Shown here in pieces: positions 1-7,992 of a stretch of 34,182 nucleotides of DNA. How positions within the stretch are numbered: position 1 is the first letter of the stretch; each line of letters starts with the position of its first letter. The notes beneath the pieces were generated by a model, which searched no databases, had not been told where the DNA came from, and was given only the letters and a program-made list of their open reading frames with translations. The stretch lies in UHGV virus genome UHGV-1063980; one strand, written 5' to 3'. The stretch comes from a virus. A program made the position numbers and the translations under genes.

Positions 1-1465
1 TCTTCGGGCAAGTTATCAGGCTTTGCAGGAATTCAACCAGCAAGAACGCACCAAAACCGTTAATGAAGAGTATCAAAACTATGTAAAGGGTATTACCCGT
101 GAATTTGAATATCAAACGGAAGAACTTGAAAAACAAATTCGCCTGAGACGGGAGGAAGCGGCCCGTAAGAAAGGAATTGATACACGTCAGGCGGAGCTTG
201 ACCGCGTCAATTTGGAGGTAGACTACCAGGAAGGAAGAATCTCCAAGAGGCAGCGCGATTATGGTCTGATGATGGTTGATCAAAATCTGGACCAGAAAAT
301 CCGCCAACGTGATTTAAGTGTGGAACAGGCGAATTATATGGATATGGGGAAACAGCTTGCGGAGGCAGTCAAGGCCAGAGATGCGGCCGAAGCTCATGCT
401 TTTGATATGCAGTTTAAACAAGGGAACCTTCCTTCTCTTCAAAATGTTCTTAGACTTTTGCAGCAGCAAGCCAGAGCTCAACGAGAAATTGACGAGATAA
501 ACGGGAAATTGCCGGAAATACAAGAGGCAATACAACGAAGAGAAATAGGCGTAAAATACGCCCCTAATGCTACCCGACGAGAGGATGCTCAACAATATTT
601 AAGACAAGCCCAAGAGGAAAACCAACGCCTTTTGTCTGCTCGTGCAACAGCGCAAAAAGAACTCAATGAGGCTAAAACCGGATTGGGGAAATTTCAAAAT
701 TCATTGAGATCTGGCGGCGTAAATCTTGAACTAGACTATGGACAAGGAACAGATATAAACAGTCGATTTAAACAGGCCGAAACTGCGGTAGAAGAATTTA
801 AAAATAATACGGAGGCCGCGAAAAAACAGTTTGATGATTTAACTAAAAAGGCCGGTTCATTAGGTGATGCTATGGCTTCTGCGGAGGCGTCCATAAAAGA
901 CATGGAACAAACCGAAGCCCTACAAAATCAAATAGACGCCGGCAAGGTCAAATCATTTAACTTGCAAAGAGACAGGGAAGAAGCCGAGGAAGCCCGAAGA
1001 AATGAAGAGAAAATAAAGAAGGCTCGTGAACAGGCCGAAAGGGAGGCGAAAAAGCAGACTGCCGAGAGGCAGCAGGCAATGATCCGCGGCATTACCCTTG
1101 AAGGTGTTCCCGAACATCCTACCGCCCAGCAACGCCCCCGGATTTCTGCCGCCCGCGAAGCCTTGAACGAAGGGAAGAAACGCCTTGCGGAAAGCATTTC
1201 GGAAACAGATACAGAAATAGATCCAAGCGAACTTCTGGGAACGTTTGACGCTATGGGAAACGTATTGAGAGAAAGCGGACAATACACTAAAAAATTGATG
1301 GATTATTTGGAAGCCATAGCAACGGCGCAGGTCGCTAAACTAAATGCCGTTCAAGCCGATACAAAAAAATATACAGACGCTAAATTTGAGGAAATCTTGA
1401 AAAAAGCACAGAAGAGTGAAGGAAGGTTGAGAACTGGAATAAACAGGCTTGCCGGAAGCTATTAA
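1..1465 (+). CDS. Tail tape measure protein, C-terminal ~480 codons; 5' part lies at 33320..34182
   Basis: Frame-2 reading frame is open from nt 2 with no upstream stop. The TTG at 23 is only an ORF-finder start. The sequence is a long charged coiled-coil (EKIKKAREQAEREAKKQTAERQQ and similar). It continues in frame from the 3'-truncated ORF at the window end. Confidence 0.55.
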   Translation, partial: LRASYQALQEFNQQERTKTVNEEYQNYVKGITREFEYQTEELEKQIRLRREEAARKKGIDTRQAELDRVNLEVDYQEGRISKRQRDYGLMMVDQNLDQKIRQRDLSVEQANYMDMGKQLAEAVKARDAAEAHAFDMQFKQGNLPSLQNVLRLLQQQARAQREIDEINGKLPEIQEAIQRREIGVKYAPNATRREDAQQYLRQAQEENQRLLSARATAQKELNEAKTGLGKFQNSLRSGGVNLELDYGQGTDINSRFKQAETAVEEFKNNTEAAKKQFDDLTKKAGSLGDAMASAEASIKDMEQTEALQNQIDAGKVKSFNLQRDREEAEEARRNEEKIKKAREQAEREAKKQTAERQQAMIRGITLEGVPEHPTAQQRPRISAAREALNEGKKRLAESISETDTEIDPSELLGTFDAMGNVLRESGQYTKKLMDYLEAIATAQVAKLNAVQADTKKYTDAKFEEILKKAQKSEGRLRTGINRLAGSY

Positions 1466-1511
1466 CAGCTTTTAGGCTTGCGCCATAGCCAGTTTATAGC
1501 ACCATATCGGT

Positions 1512-2021
1512 ATGACTAAATATTACGTCGCTTCTAATTCAAATAATGCCGAGGGGCCTTACTCTTTTGAAGAACTTCAAGCCTTGTACAAGGAAGGGAT
1601 AATCTTCTCAGAAACGCTTGTTTGTCCTGAAGGAGGACAAGAGTGGCTATCGTTTGGAAGTGTTTATCATCTTACCAAAAATACCAACAGAAAATCAGAT
1701 AAAAAAGAAACGGAGAGCAACCAAAAGAAGAGCTTTATTGAATCTATCTTAGAGATTCCAGAAAAAGATCCTTGTTGGAAAGAAAGTCAAGAAGGGATTG
1801 AGCAAGAGCCTCTAAAAATCACAGTAGAGGGGTTATTCTGTGTAGTCGGGGCAATGGCTTTACTTGCTGGGATTATCCTTCTTTTAGTTTATATGTCCGA
1901 AAGCTTTAACCAACCGTCATTAGGTTTCATCTATTTGCTATCAGGAGCCTTCTCCTGCCTCGTCTGCTTCTGGTTTGCGAAGGTTCTGACATTGCTTCAA
2001 AAGATCGCCGACAAGAAATAA
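1512..2021 (+). CDS. DUF4339 (GYF-like) domain protein with two C-terminal TM helices; moron-like
   Basis: N-terminus YYVASNSNNAEGPYSFEELQALYKEGIIFSETLVCPEGGQEWLSFGSV matches the DUF4339 pattern (YY..G.PvsleEL..L...G.i...TLVW.eGm.dW). Two hydrophobic helices follow: LFCVVGAMALLAGIILLLVY and IYLLSGAFSCLVCFWFAKVL. The region is AT-rich relative to its flanks. Confidence 0.6.
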   Translation: MTKYYVASNSNNAEGPYSFEELQALYKEGIIFSETLVCPEGGQEWLSFGSVYHLTKNTNRKSDKKETESNQKKSFIESILEIPEKDPCWKESQEGIEQEPLKITVEGLFCVVGAMALLAGIILLLVYMSESFNQPSLGFIYLLSGAFSCLVCFWFAKVLTLLQKIADKK

Positions 2022-2076
2022 ATAAACCACTAACCATTTTACAAGCAGCAGGAACCACGACATCACCATCAATGAT

Positions 2077-4221
2077 TTGCTGGATCTCAAGCCGTCCAGC
2101 CTGACCCACGACCAGCAAAGTTTTGCCGCCTCCACCATTACCGCGGTTTATCCCGTCCGAACGCTGGGGGAAGTCTTGCCCTTCCAGCAATTCGATACTG
2201 TCACCATCTCCCAAAACGGGAACACCATTCTTGCCGGCCTCGTTTCCAGCATCGAAAAGACCTACAGCGGCTCATCCCGTGCCTGGAAAATCGTCTTTTC
2301 CGATCCCTGGTATTACCTGGACAACTGCTTTGCCCTGGATTCCGAATGGAAGCCGGTATTTTCCATGTGGCAAAGCACCGGCGGCGGGAATGAAATCATT
2401 CCTAAAATAAGCATTTCCTCCGCCCTTTCCCGGGTGCTGAATCTGGCCAAACACCACCCCGCGGACTACGAACTGCGGATCAGCGACGACAAAATGCTGA
2501 TCCCGTGGAACGCCTCATGCGACACCCTTGGAAGTCTGCTCCAATCCATCCGCCACTGGTCGCCCCGCATGGTCACGTACTACGACTACAGCGGCGCGCG
2601 GCCCAAGCTGGTCATCACGGACTATGACGCCATGCCGCCTATCTCCCTGCCATTACAGCCGACGACGACAATCAAGTCGATGGATGTATCCCTGGTCCCC
2701 CGGGCCGACCTCGTGCCTCCCTGCGTGGCGATTGTCGCGGAAACTACCGGAAGCAACGGCTATCGCGTCTCTTACCTGTCCAAATACCCGGAAGACGGAG
2801 ACCCAACCTTACCGCATTCCATCGTTTACCGAACGTCCGTAGACTTCTATTATTCTAAGTTTAATTCTACAGGAGAACCGGTAGAAGAGCCTCAACCGGT
2901 ACAGGGAACCAGGGCCGGCAGTCTGTCCTACCAGCGCATGAAAGTGACGGGGGCCCGGATTGACCAGAACGACATGATCAACAGTTTCTGGAAAAATCAT
3001 TTCCCATGGATGAAAGACGTTGGAGCCATTGCGGCCTATGACCCAACTCCGGAAATCACCGGGAAGCCCTGGGAAGGGACGGATGAAGACAAACCGAAAG
3101 GCTATAATACCACGGCCACGGGCTATGAACTGACGGACGGCCAAATTCATACCAAATCCATCAGGCCGCAGTGGTGCAATGCCACCATCAAGCAGCGTCT
3201 CGCCATCCCGGAAAGCGCCCCTGCCAAGTGGCGGGAGAAATTCAAGAATGTGGGGACCTTGCAGGGTGTGCCCTGCTTTTGGGAAGAATTCTCGGTGGAT
3301 CTGGTCACCATGGACCGCCCCTTTGCGAGCTACCCCATCGACGGCATCTACAACGGGGAGCAGCCCTCCAACGGGCCGGAAGAAGGGGAATCGTCGGAAC
3401 CGTCGGAAGGTGTGCCATATGGTGACATTGCCAAAACGGTGTGGGAATCCATGCAGGAATTGCCCTGGGACGGCTCTATATCCTTTGTCGCGCTGGGGGA
3501 TGCTCAAACGCGGCAATACATGGGCCGCCGCGTCTCGCTGCTGGGAGGGAACCCCGCATGGCAGAATATCAACACCATGATCCAGACGGTGAACCGCGAC
3601 CTGCAGACCAACGTCATCACGTTGTCCTATGGAGCGCCGGAACAACTGGGAATTGAAGAATGGGTAGAATTGAAGCGCGTGAATGCCACATCACGCAGAT
3701 CCTCCACGCTGGAAAACATGCAGGGCGCGCCGGAATCGACGGAATACGCCTTTGACCCAAAGCCGGAATCCCCCACTATCAGCCAGCACATCACGACGGC
3801 GACGGGGGAAGCCACGCCCGCGCCGGAATACGGCTTCCAGGTGCGGGTGCAGAAAGATACGGAGGGAACCGTCACCGGGGCGCAAATCAAGCCCGGCGCG
3901 CTCTACCTGAACGGGAATCTGCTCGGCAAATACCCGCAGGGGGGCAGTTCCGGTTCCTCGTGGGTGCAGCTCACCCAAACCAGCGGGGAAGTATGGCTCA
4001 ACGTCCACTTTGACCAGGACGCCAAATTGACGGGCGTTGACGTCTCCGGCATTCCGGGGACGGTGTACCCAATCAGGCTTGCCGGAGAAAAACCGGGCGT
4101 CAACTTCGACTATTCCTTCCTGATTGCCGACATCGAAGATGACCAGGTGACGCAATACGCCCTGGGCATGATTCAGATTCCGGTCTTCGGAGGAACCTTC
4201 TACCCCTACGGACCAGCATAA
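2077..4221 (+). CDS. Large hypothetical phage protein (714 aa), possibly a tail tip or baseplate component given its position after the tape measure gene
   Basis: Long ORF with no recognisable motif. The frame is open from 2026 and the first canonical start is TTG at 2077. Antisense ORFs inside it are GC artefacts. Confidence 0.5.
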   Translation: MLDLKPSSLTHDQQSFAASTITAVYPVRTLGEVLPFQQFDTVTISQNGNTILAGLVSSIEKTYSGSSRAWKIVFSDPWYYLDNCFALDSEWKPVFSMWQSTGGGNEIIPKISISSALSRVLNLAKHHPADYELRISDDKMLIPWNASCDTLGSLLQSIRHWSPRMVTYYDYSGARPKLVITDYDAMPPISLPLQPTTTIKSMDVSLVPRADLVPPCVAIVAETTGSNGYRVSYLSKYPEDGDPTLPHSIVYRTSVDFYYSKFNSTGEPVEEPQPVQGTRAGSLSYQRMKVTGARIDQNDMINSFWKNHFPWMKDVGAIAAYDPTPEITGKPWEGTDEDKPKGYNTTATGYELTDGQIHTKSIRPQWCNATIKQRLAIPESAPAKWREKFKNVGTLQGVPCFWEEFSVDLVTMDRPFASYPIDGIYNGEQPSNGPEEGESSEPSEGVPYGDIAKTVWESMQELPWDGSISFVALGDAQTRQYMGRRVSLLGGNPAWQNINTMIQTVNRDLQTNVITLSYGAPEQLGIEEWVELKRVNATSRRSSTLENMQGAPESTEYAFDPKPESPTISQHITTATGEATPAPEYGFQVRVQKDTEGTVTGAQIKPGALYLNGNLLGKYPQGGSSGSSWVQLTQTSGEVWLNVHFDQDAKLTGVDVSGIPGTVYPIRLAGEKPGVNFDYSFLIADIEDDQVTQYALGMIQIPVFGGTFYPYGPA

Positions 4222-4232
4222 CCAGACACATC

Positions 4233-4988
4233 ATGATCAGAATTTACCTATTCACCTATGCCGGCGACGCCGATGAAGCTCTCGTATGCGTCCGGTGCGC
4301 TGCAGCGGCCCTCCCCGAAGCCGTCATCACGGTGGTGGACGATGAATCCAGTCCCATTGCTGAACGCGCCAGAACCGCCCTTGTTGAAGCCGGGGCCCGG
4401 TATTGTCAAACCAGCTGGCCAAGGAACGGCAACCTGCGCGGGCCGGACTGCGTCCGTGGCATCATTTCCACGCTGGCCCGTGGAGCGAGAGACCACGACA
4501 TTATTGTCAAAATCGACTCCGACACGCTCCTGTTGTCGGGGGACTGGGTTCGCGACATGAGATACACCGGGCTGGTGTTTCATGCCTCAGGCTACCAGGT
4601 CCCCAGCCATCCTTCCGAACGCTCCGCCTATGGTCCGTGTTACGCCATCAGCGGCTGGGCGGCCAGACTGGCGGCGGAGGAATTGGAACAGGCTGACCTT
4701 CCTCCGCTCGCACCGGAAGACCTCACCATCTGCCGGGCGGTTCAGAATCACTTTCCCGCCGAGCGGATCCGACTTGATGAACCCTGGACGCCCTTTTACC
4801 GGGAAGGGAAATGGACGGCCTGGAACTGGTTCAGCATCGCCGTGACTCCGCAGAAATACGCGGATTTCTGGATGGTTACCTTCGGCAACCCGCGTCCCAC
4901 GAACATCCCGAAATCCGAGCGGGCCCGCGCGATGGACGCCTTGTTCCGCTGCCGTTTCCCGCAGAACGAAGACGGATCATGTTGTTGA
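4233..4988 (+). CDS. Putative GT-A fold glycosyltransferase-like protein (lysogenic conversion candidate)
   Basis: N-terminal beta-strand MIRIYLFTYAG, then VITVVDDESSP (DxD-like), RNGNLRG and KIDSDTLLL. These match the order and spacing of GT2/GT-A motifs. It sits immediately beside the integrase 3' end. Confidence 0.4.
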   Translation: MIRIYLFTYAGDADEALVCVRCAAAALPEAVITVVDDESSPIAERARTALVEAGARYCQTSWPRNGNLRGPDCVRGIISTLARGARDHDIIVKIDSDTLLLSGDWVRDMRYTGLVFHASGYQVPSHPSERSAYGPCYAISGWAARLAAEELEQADLPPLAPEDLTICRAVQNHFPAERIRLDEPWTPFYREGKWTAWNWFSIAVTPQKYADFWMVTFGNPRPTNIPKSERARAMDALFRCRFPQNEDGSCC

Positions 4989-5004
4989 CGTCAACAACAT
5001 GATC
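4975..5004. terminator. Perfect 30-bp palindrome GATCATGTTGTTGACGTCAACAACATGATC between convergent genes
   Basis: Exact reverse-complement symmetry. It overlaps the TGA stop at 4986-4988 of the + gene and lies 17 nt from the 3' end of the integrase. Most likely a bidirectional terminator hairpin; a recombinase core site is the alternative. Confidence 0.5.
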
Positions 5005-5020
5005 AGGGCGGGGAAGGAGG

Positions 5021-6208
5021 CTAACGGGCCACGCCGGCGGCTATCTTGCTCATGGCCGCCTGGACGTCCGCAGAATCCGGACGGAAATAGACCCGTTCAA
5101 TCTCTTCGGAGTCGTGCCCGACGATGAAGCGGCATAAATCCGGGGACACCCCGGCCAGGCGCAGGACGGTCACGGCGGTCGCCCGTAGGCTGTGGAAGCT
5201 CTTTTCCGAAAGCCGGTGCCGGTCGCCTCTCACTTCCCCGGGCATCTCTCGGATGATTCCGTACGTTTTCAATAGCGTCGTGAACTCCGTGGAAAGCTTG
5301 TCGGAACGTCCTCCCGCATGTGCATGGCGAAGCGCGGCCAGGGGAAACACGTAATCGTTCACCCGGTTGAGCAGACGCCTTTCCAGAACCTCTTTCAAGG
5401 GCTGGATGATCGGCTTGTTCATGCGGCGCCGGCTTTTCTGCGTGGTCATGAACAGGAAGGAGTTCTTCAGGTCAATCTGGTCCCATTTCAGCGTCGCCAG
5501 GTCTCCGAGGCGCTGGCCTCCGGTATAGAGGCACACCCTCACCAGATCCGGCCATTCATCCGGGAACCGTTCAATGATGGTATTCACTTCCTCCATGGTG
5601 AAGGCGCCGCGCAGCTGCTTTTCCGCCTGGTGTTCCGCCCGGGAAGGCATGACGCCCCGGAACGGATTCCGGGAAAGGATCTCCCGGTCTACAGCGATAT
5701 TGAACGCGGTGGAGAGCGTGGACACATAGCGGATGACGGTTCCGGCGGAAACGCGCTCCAATTCCGTTTCTACAAAATCCTTCGCCATCCCTTTATTCAG
5801 GCCGGACAGCGGCATATTCCGCCGATCACCGAGGAACGCCAGAAGCCGGCGGACGGCCATGCCGTCCCGCTCATAGGCCCGCTTCTTGTTTTTCCTCCCG
5901 TCCAGCCAGTCAAAAAGGAACCGCGTCACCGTCATGCCGTTCATGGTGGCTTTCAGCACGCCGGCCTGGTCCCCGGCAATGGCCTTCACCTTGTCCAGGT
6001 CGAAAACCCCGTACCGGGCTTCTTTCTCCATCTCCTGGGCCACCAGCCGCGCCCGTGCTTCATTCTGGGACATGACCGATTTTTTATTGGCTCCCGGAAG
6101 AAGCGCCTTGGGAACCACGTCGATGCCGGTGGTCTTCCGAAGCTCTTTGCCGTCCAGGGAGCGGAAGACGGCCACCCATTTGTTGTTGCGTTTGATGATG
6201 CCTGCCAT
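5021..6208 (-). CDS. int: Tyrosine site-specific recombinase (phage integrase)
   Basis: Catalytic residues are in canonical order: R in TGGQRLGDLATLKW, HxxR in FHSLRATAVT, and H...Y in GHDSEEIERVYFRP. An N-terminal SAM-like domain is present. Length is 395 aa. Confidence 0.9.
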   Translation of the reverse strand: MAGIIKRNNKWVAVFRSLDGKELRKTTGIDVVPKALLPGANKKSVMSQNEARARLVAQEMEKEARYGVFDLDKVKAIAGDQAGVLKATMNGMTVTRFLFDWLDGRKNKKRAYERDGMAVRRLLAFLGDRRNMPLSGLNKGMAKDFVETELERVSAGTVIRYVSTLSTAFNIAVDREILSRNPFRGVMPSRAEHQAEKQLRGAFTMEEVNTIIERFPDEWPDLVRVCLYTGGQRLGDLATLKWDQIDLKNSFLFMTTQKSRRRMNKPIIQPLKEVLERRLLNRVNDYVFPLAALRHAHAGGRSDKLSTEFTTLLKTYGIIREMPGEVRGDRHRLSEKSFHSLRATAVTVLRLAGVSPDLCRFIVGHDSEEIERVYFRPDSADVQAAMSKIAAGVAR

Positions 6209-6212
6209 AGTG

Positions 6213-6403
6213 CTGTACAGTCCTTAGACAATGTACAGTCGCATGTACAGGGAGCTTTTTTCTGTCAGGCGCTTTCAGGTGCGCTCAAAACTGCGCAAAA
6301 CGTAGGAAAATCAAGGGTCATTCCGTCACGTGCTGACGAGAATTGGCATCGCGTACGGGATTTAGCGTCTTGTCCATAAGTTTTTAACGGGTCACCTGTA
6401 CAG
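6213..6403. promoter_or_regulatory. Four copies of the palindromic core TGTACAG immediately upstream of the int start
   Basis: CTGTACAG at 6213-6220, ATGTACAG at 6231-6238 and 6243-6250, CTGTACAG at 6396-6403. The first and last are parts of inverted copies of TGCTGTACAG. All lie in the 416-nt non-coding gap between int and the PanA operon. Confidence 0.45.
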
Positions 6404-6495
6404 CATACCGTATAGCACTGCCAGAAAGCCGCATCCACGGATGCAGGAGTATGTAAAGGGAGACATGTCATGACACAGAAAAAATGAACCCTCGC

Positions 6496-6530
6496 ACATA
6501 AAAACCGCCCGCGTCTCCCGACGCAGGCGG
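6496..6530 (-). terminator. Rho-independent terminator for the minus-strand PanA/PanT operon
   Basis: GC-rich hairpin CCGCCCGCGTC-TCCC-GACGCAGGCGG (11-bp stem, one mismatch). On the minus strand it is followed by TTTTTATGTG. It lies about 95 nt downstream of the operon's last stop. Confidence 0.55.
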
Positions 6531-6624
6531 AAAAAGAATGAATAGAAAGGATCCTTATTCAGGAAAGCACTTTTATATCACATTCTCATCGTTTTTCAAT
6601 CATTTTGACAGGATTTCCTAGAGA

Positions 6625-6954
6625 TTAAACATATTTTTGAACTGATTTTACCATGTACCCAACGAGGGTTGATAAAAATCCAGTAGTCATGATGTACCGT
6701 TTCTCTTCTACAATCCAGCACCATTTTTCAGGGAGAACGTAATTTAAAGTAAGCGTCGCCAATGCTACTATGCAACAAATAACAGCGGTAACCAGCACCC
6801 ATTTCCAAGCCTGATGCACAGTATGCTTTTTCTCTTTTTCCAAAGCTACTTCATCTCTTTTAGTTTCCTCTTCTATTTTTTCTATTGTCGGCACAGGCGG
6901 AGCCTTGTCCGAATTTACCAAGGCTTTGATCTGGTCATCTAGTTTGGTAGTCAT
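6625..6954 (-). CDS. Small membrane protein (109 aa), candidate toxin (PanT-like) partner of the upstream Panacea protein
   Basis: Central TM helix WKWVLVTAVICCIVALATLTLNYVL, with a possible second helix IMTTGFLSTLVGYMV. It is 4 nt downstream of the Panacea gene on the same strand. AT-rich. Confidence 0.55.
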   Translation of the reverse strand: MTTKLDDQIKALVNSDKAPPVPTIEKIEEETKRDEVALEKEKKHTVHQAWKWVLVTAVICCIVALATLTLNYVLPEKWCWIVEEKRYIMTTGFLSTLVGYMVKSVQKYV

Positions 6955-6958
6955 TTTT

Positions 6959-7435
6959 TCAAGAAGCAGAGGGGGTCAGCATTCGGTCAAAATAAATAGC
7001 CATTTGCCAGAGGGGGATACGCGAATACTTTTTTTTCTCCCAAGCAGCAGCCCAAGGGGAGTTTGGTTGGTGAGAAAGTTCCACTAACTGGGGAGCACTC
7101 AATTTCCCAAGCTTGTCTACAACATTTTTGATTACATTTTTAGCGTCTTCATCGTCTGTAATCGCGTCAGGAGATGCTAAAAATCCGGTGATTGGGGTAT
7201 CTCCCAAATGTTTCAGTTTTTTATAAAGTTCAGGAATGACGGGGCCATAAGTCCATGCTTGGATTTCTTCTGTAAATAGAGGGTGTTCTAATTGTTTCAG
7301 GGCGAATCCCTGCACGAAATAAGCCAGCTTCTGAATTTTCATGTTAGTTACAGATAAGCCTTGCTGCCAAGCTTCGGTTAATATCTGGTTGGCTATTGCC
7401 TCGATGCTATAGGATTTATATTCTATTTTGCACAT
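6959..7435 (-). CDS. Panacea domain (DUF4065, GepA-type phage-associated protein) antitoxin-like protein
   Basis: MKIQKLAYFVQGFALKQLEHPLFTEEIQAWTYGPVIPELY matches the DUF4065 core (KLqKLlYfaqgw.L...g.pLf.e.feAW.yGPV.p..Y). The C-terminal LSHQPNSPWAAAW matches the lsH...pW motif. Confidence 0.75.
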   Translation of the reverse strand: MCKIEYKSYSIEAIANQILTEAWQQGLSVTNMKIQKLAYFVQGFALKQLEHPLFTEEIQAWTYGPVIPELYKKLKHLGDTPITGFLASPDAITDDEDAKNVIKNVVDKLGKLSAPQLVELSHQPNSPWAAAWEKKKYSRIPLWQMAIYFDRMLTPSAS

Positions 7436-7555
7436 GTCTCAAGGGGCTGGGATGAACCTATAATATCATTGGACCAATAAGCAAGACAAACGTTTCATTA
7501 GCCTGCATAGGAGTTCCTGCATACACAACTGGCATCTTTCAATGATTTCATGGAA

Positions 7556-7595
7556 TGTCATGACTTGTCATCCTCTGAACGCGAAAGTCATGACA
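7556..7595. promoter_or_regulatory. Two palindromic GTCATGAC boxes 30 bp apart upstream of the PanA operon; a third copy, TGTCATGACA, at 6466-6475
   Basis: TGTCATGAC at 7556-7564 and GTCATGACA at 7587-7595, centre-to-centre 30 bp. The identical 10-bp palindrome TGTCATGACA occurs at 6466-6475 in the int upstream region. Confidence 0.45.
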
Positions 7596-7661
7596 AATCG
7601 TCTTAACGGAGCCACAAGGCTTCAAATCTCATGAAAAAACAGGAAATATTACCCCCCCCCC

Positions 7662-7672
7662 CGCATTATAAC
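7662..7672. repeat. Poly-C homopolymer tract (11 C) in the intergenic region
   Basis: ACCCCCCCCCCCGC read directly. It lies between the PanA operon promoter region and the + strand small ORF at 7728. Confidence 0.8.
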
Positions 7673-7727
7673 ACACTAAATATTAGTGTATTAGGAGATA
7701 AATTTTCAGCAAGAAAGGGTTACGTCT

Positions 7728-7874
7728 ATGTCGGGTAACGTGATGCTTGTGTTTTTCTTGCTGGCTGTGCTGTTCGGGTTCGTTTGTTTCGGCCTTGGTA
7801 TTGTAGAGGGTTGCCGGAGAACCACGAAGAGGATCTTGGAGAATATAGCAAAAGGAATGAAGAAGGGGGAATAG
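7728..7874 (+). CDS. Small hydrophobic peptide (48 aa, single TM helix)
   Basis: MSGNVMLVFFLLAVLFGFVCFGLGIVEGCRRTTKRILENIAKGMKKGE. AAAGGG lies 9 nt upstream of the ATG. A hairpin terminator follows immediately. Confidence 0.4.
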   Translation: MSGNVMLVFFLLAVLFGFVCFGLGIVEGCRRTTKRILENIAKGMKKGE

Positions 7875-7901
7875 ATTATTCCCCCGTTTCCTTTTGGAAA
7901 C
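7865..7901 (+). terminator. Tandem hairpins after the small ORF: GGGGGAATA-gat-TATTCCCCC then GTTTCC-TTTT-GGAAAC
   Basis: 9-bp perfect stem overlapping the TAG stop, followed by a T-rich run and a second 6-bp palindrome. Sits between a + gene and the 3' end of the minus-strand repressor gene. Confidence 0.5.
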
Positions 7902-7992
7902 GAGGACTTGCCCTGAGTGCTACTACCTCAATTAAATCCAAGTTATGAAGACAATACTCCTATACCTCCACACAACCCACTATGAGAGCACC

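Noticed and set aside
2809-3645. 278-aa minus-strand ORF inside the 714-aa gene, and similar long antisense ORFs (5318..6379, 14683..15504, 15165..15950, 16622..17548, 17864..18796, 19827..20507, 21562..22173, 24173..25234, 25941..26633, 27651..28466, 29868..30767, 31076..31687)
   Set aside because: Each lies antisense to a gene with recognisable motifs or operon coupling. Their products are Arg/Pro/Gly-rich low-complexity sequence typical of stop-poor frames in GC-rich DNA. None has a motif.
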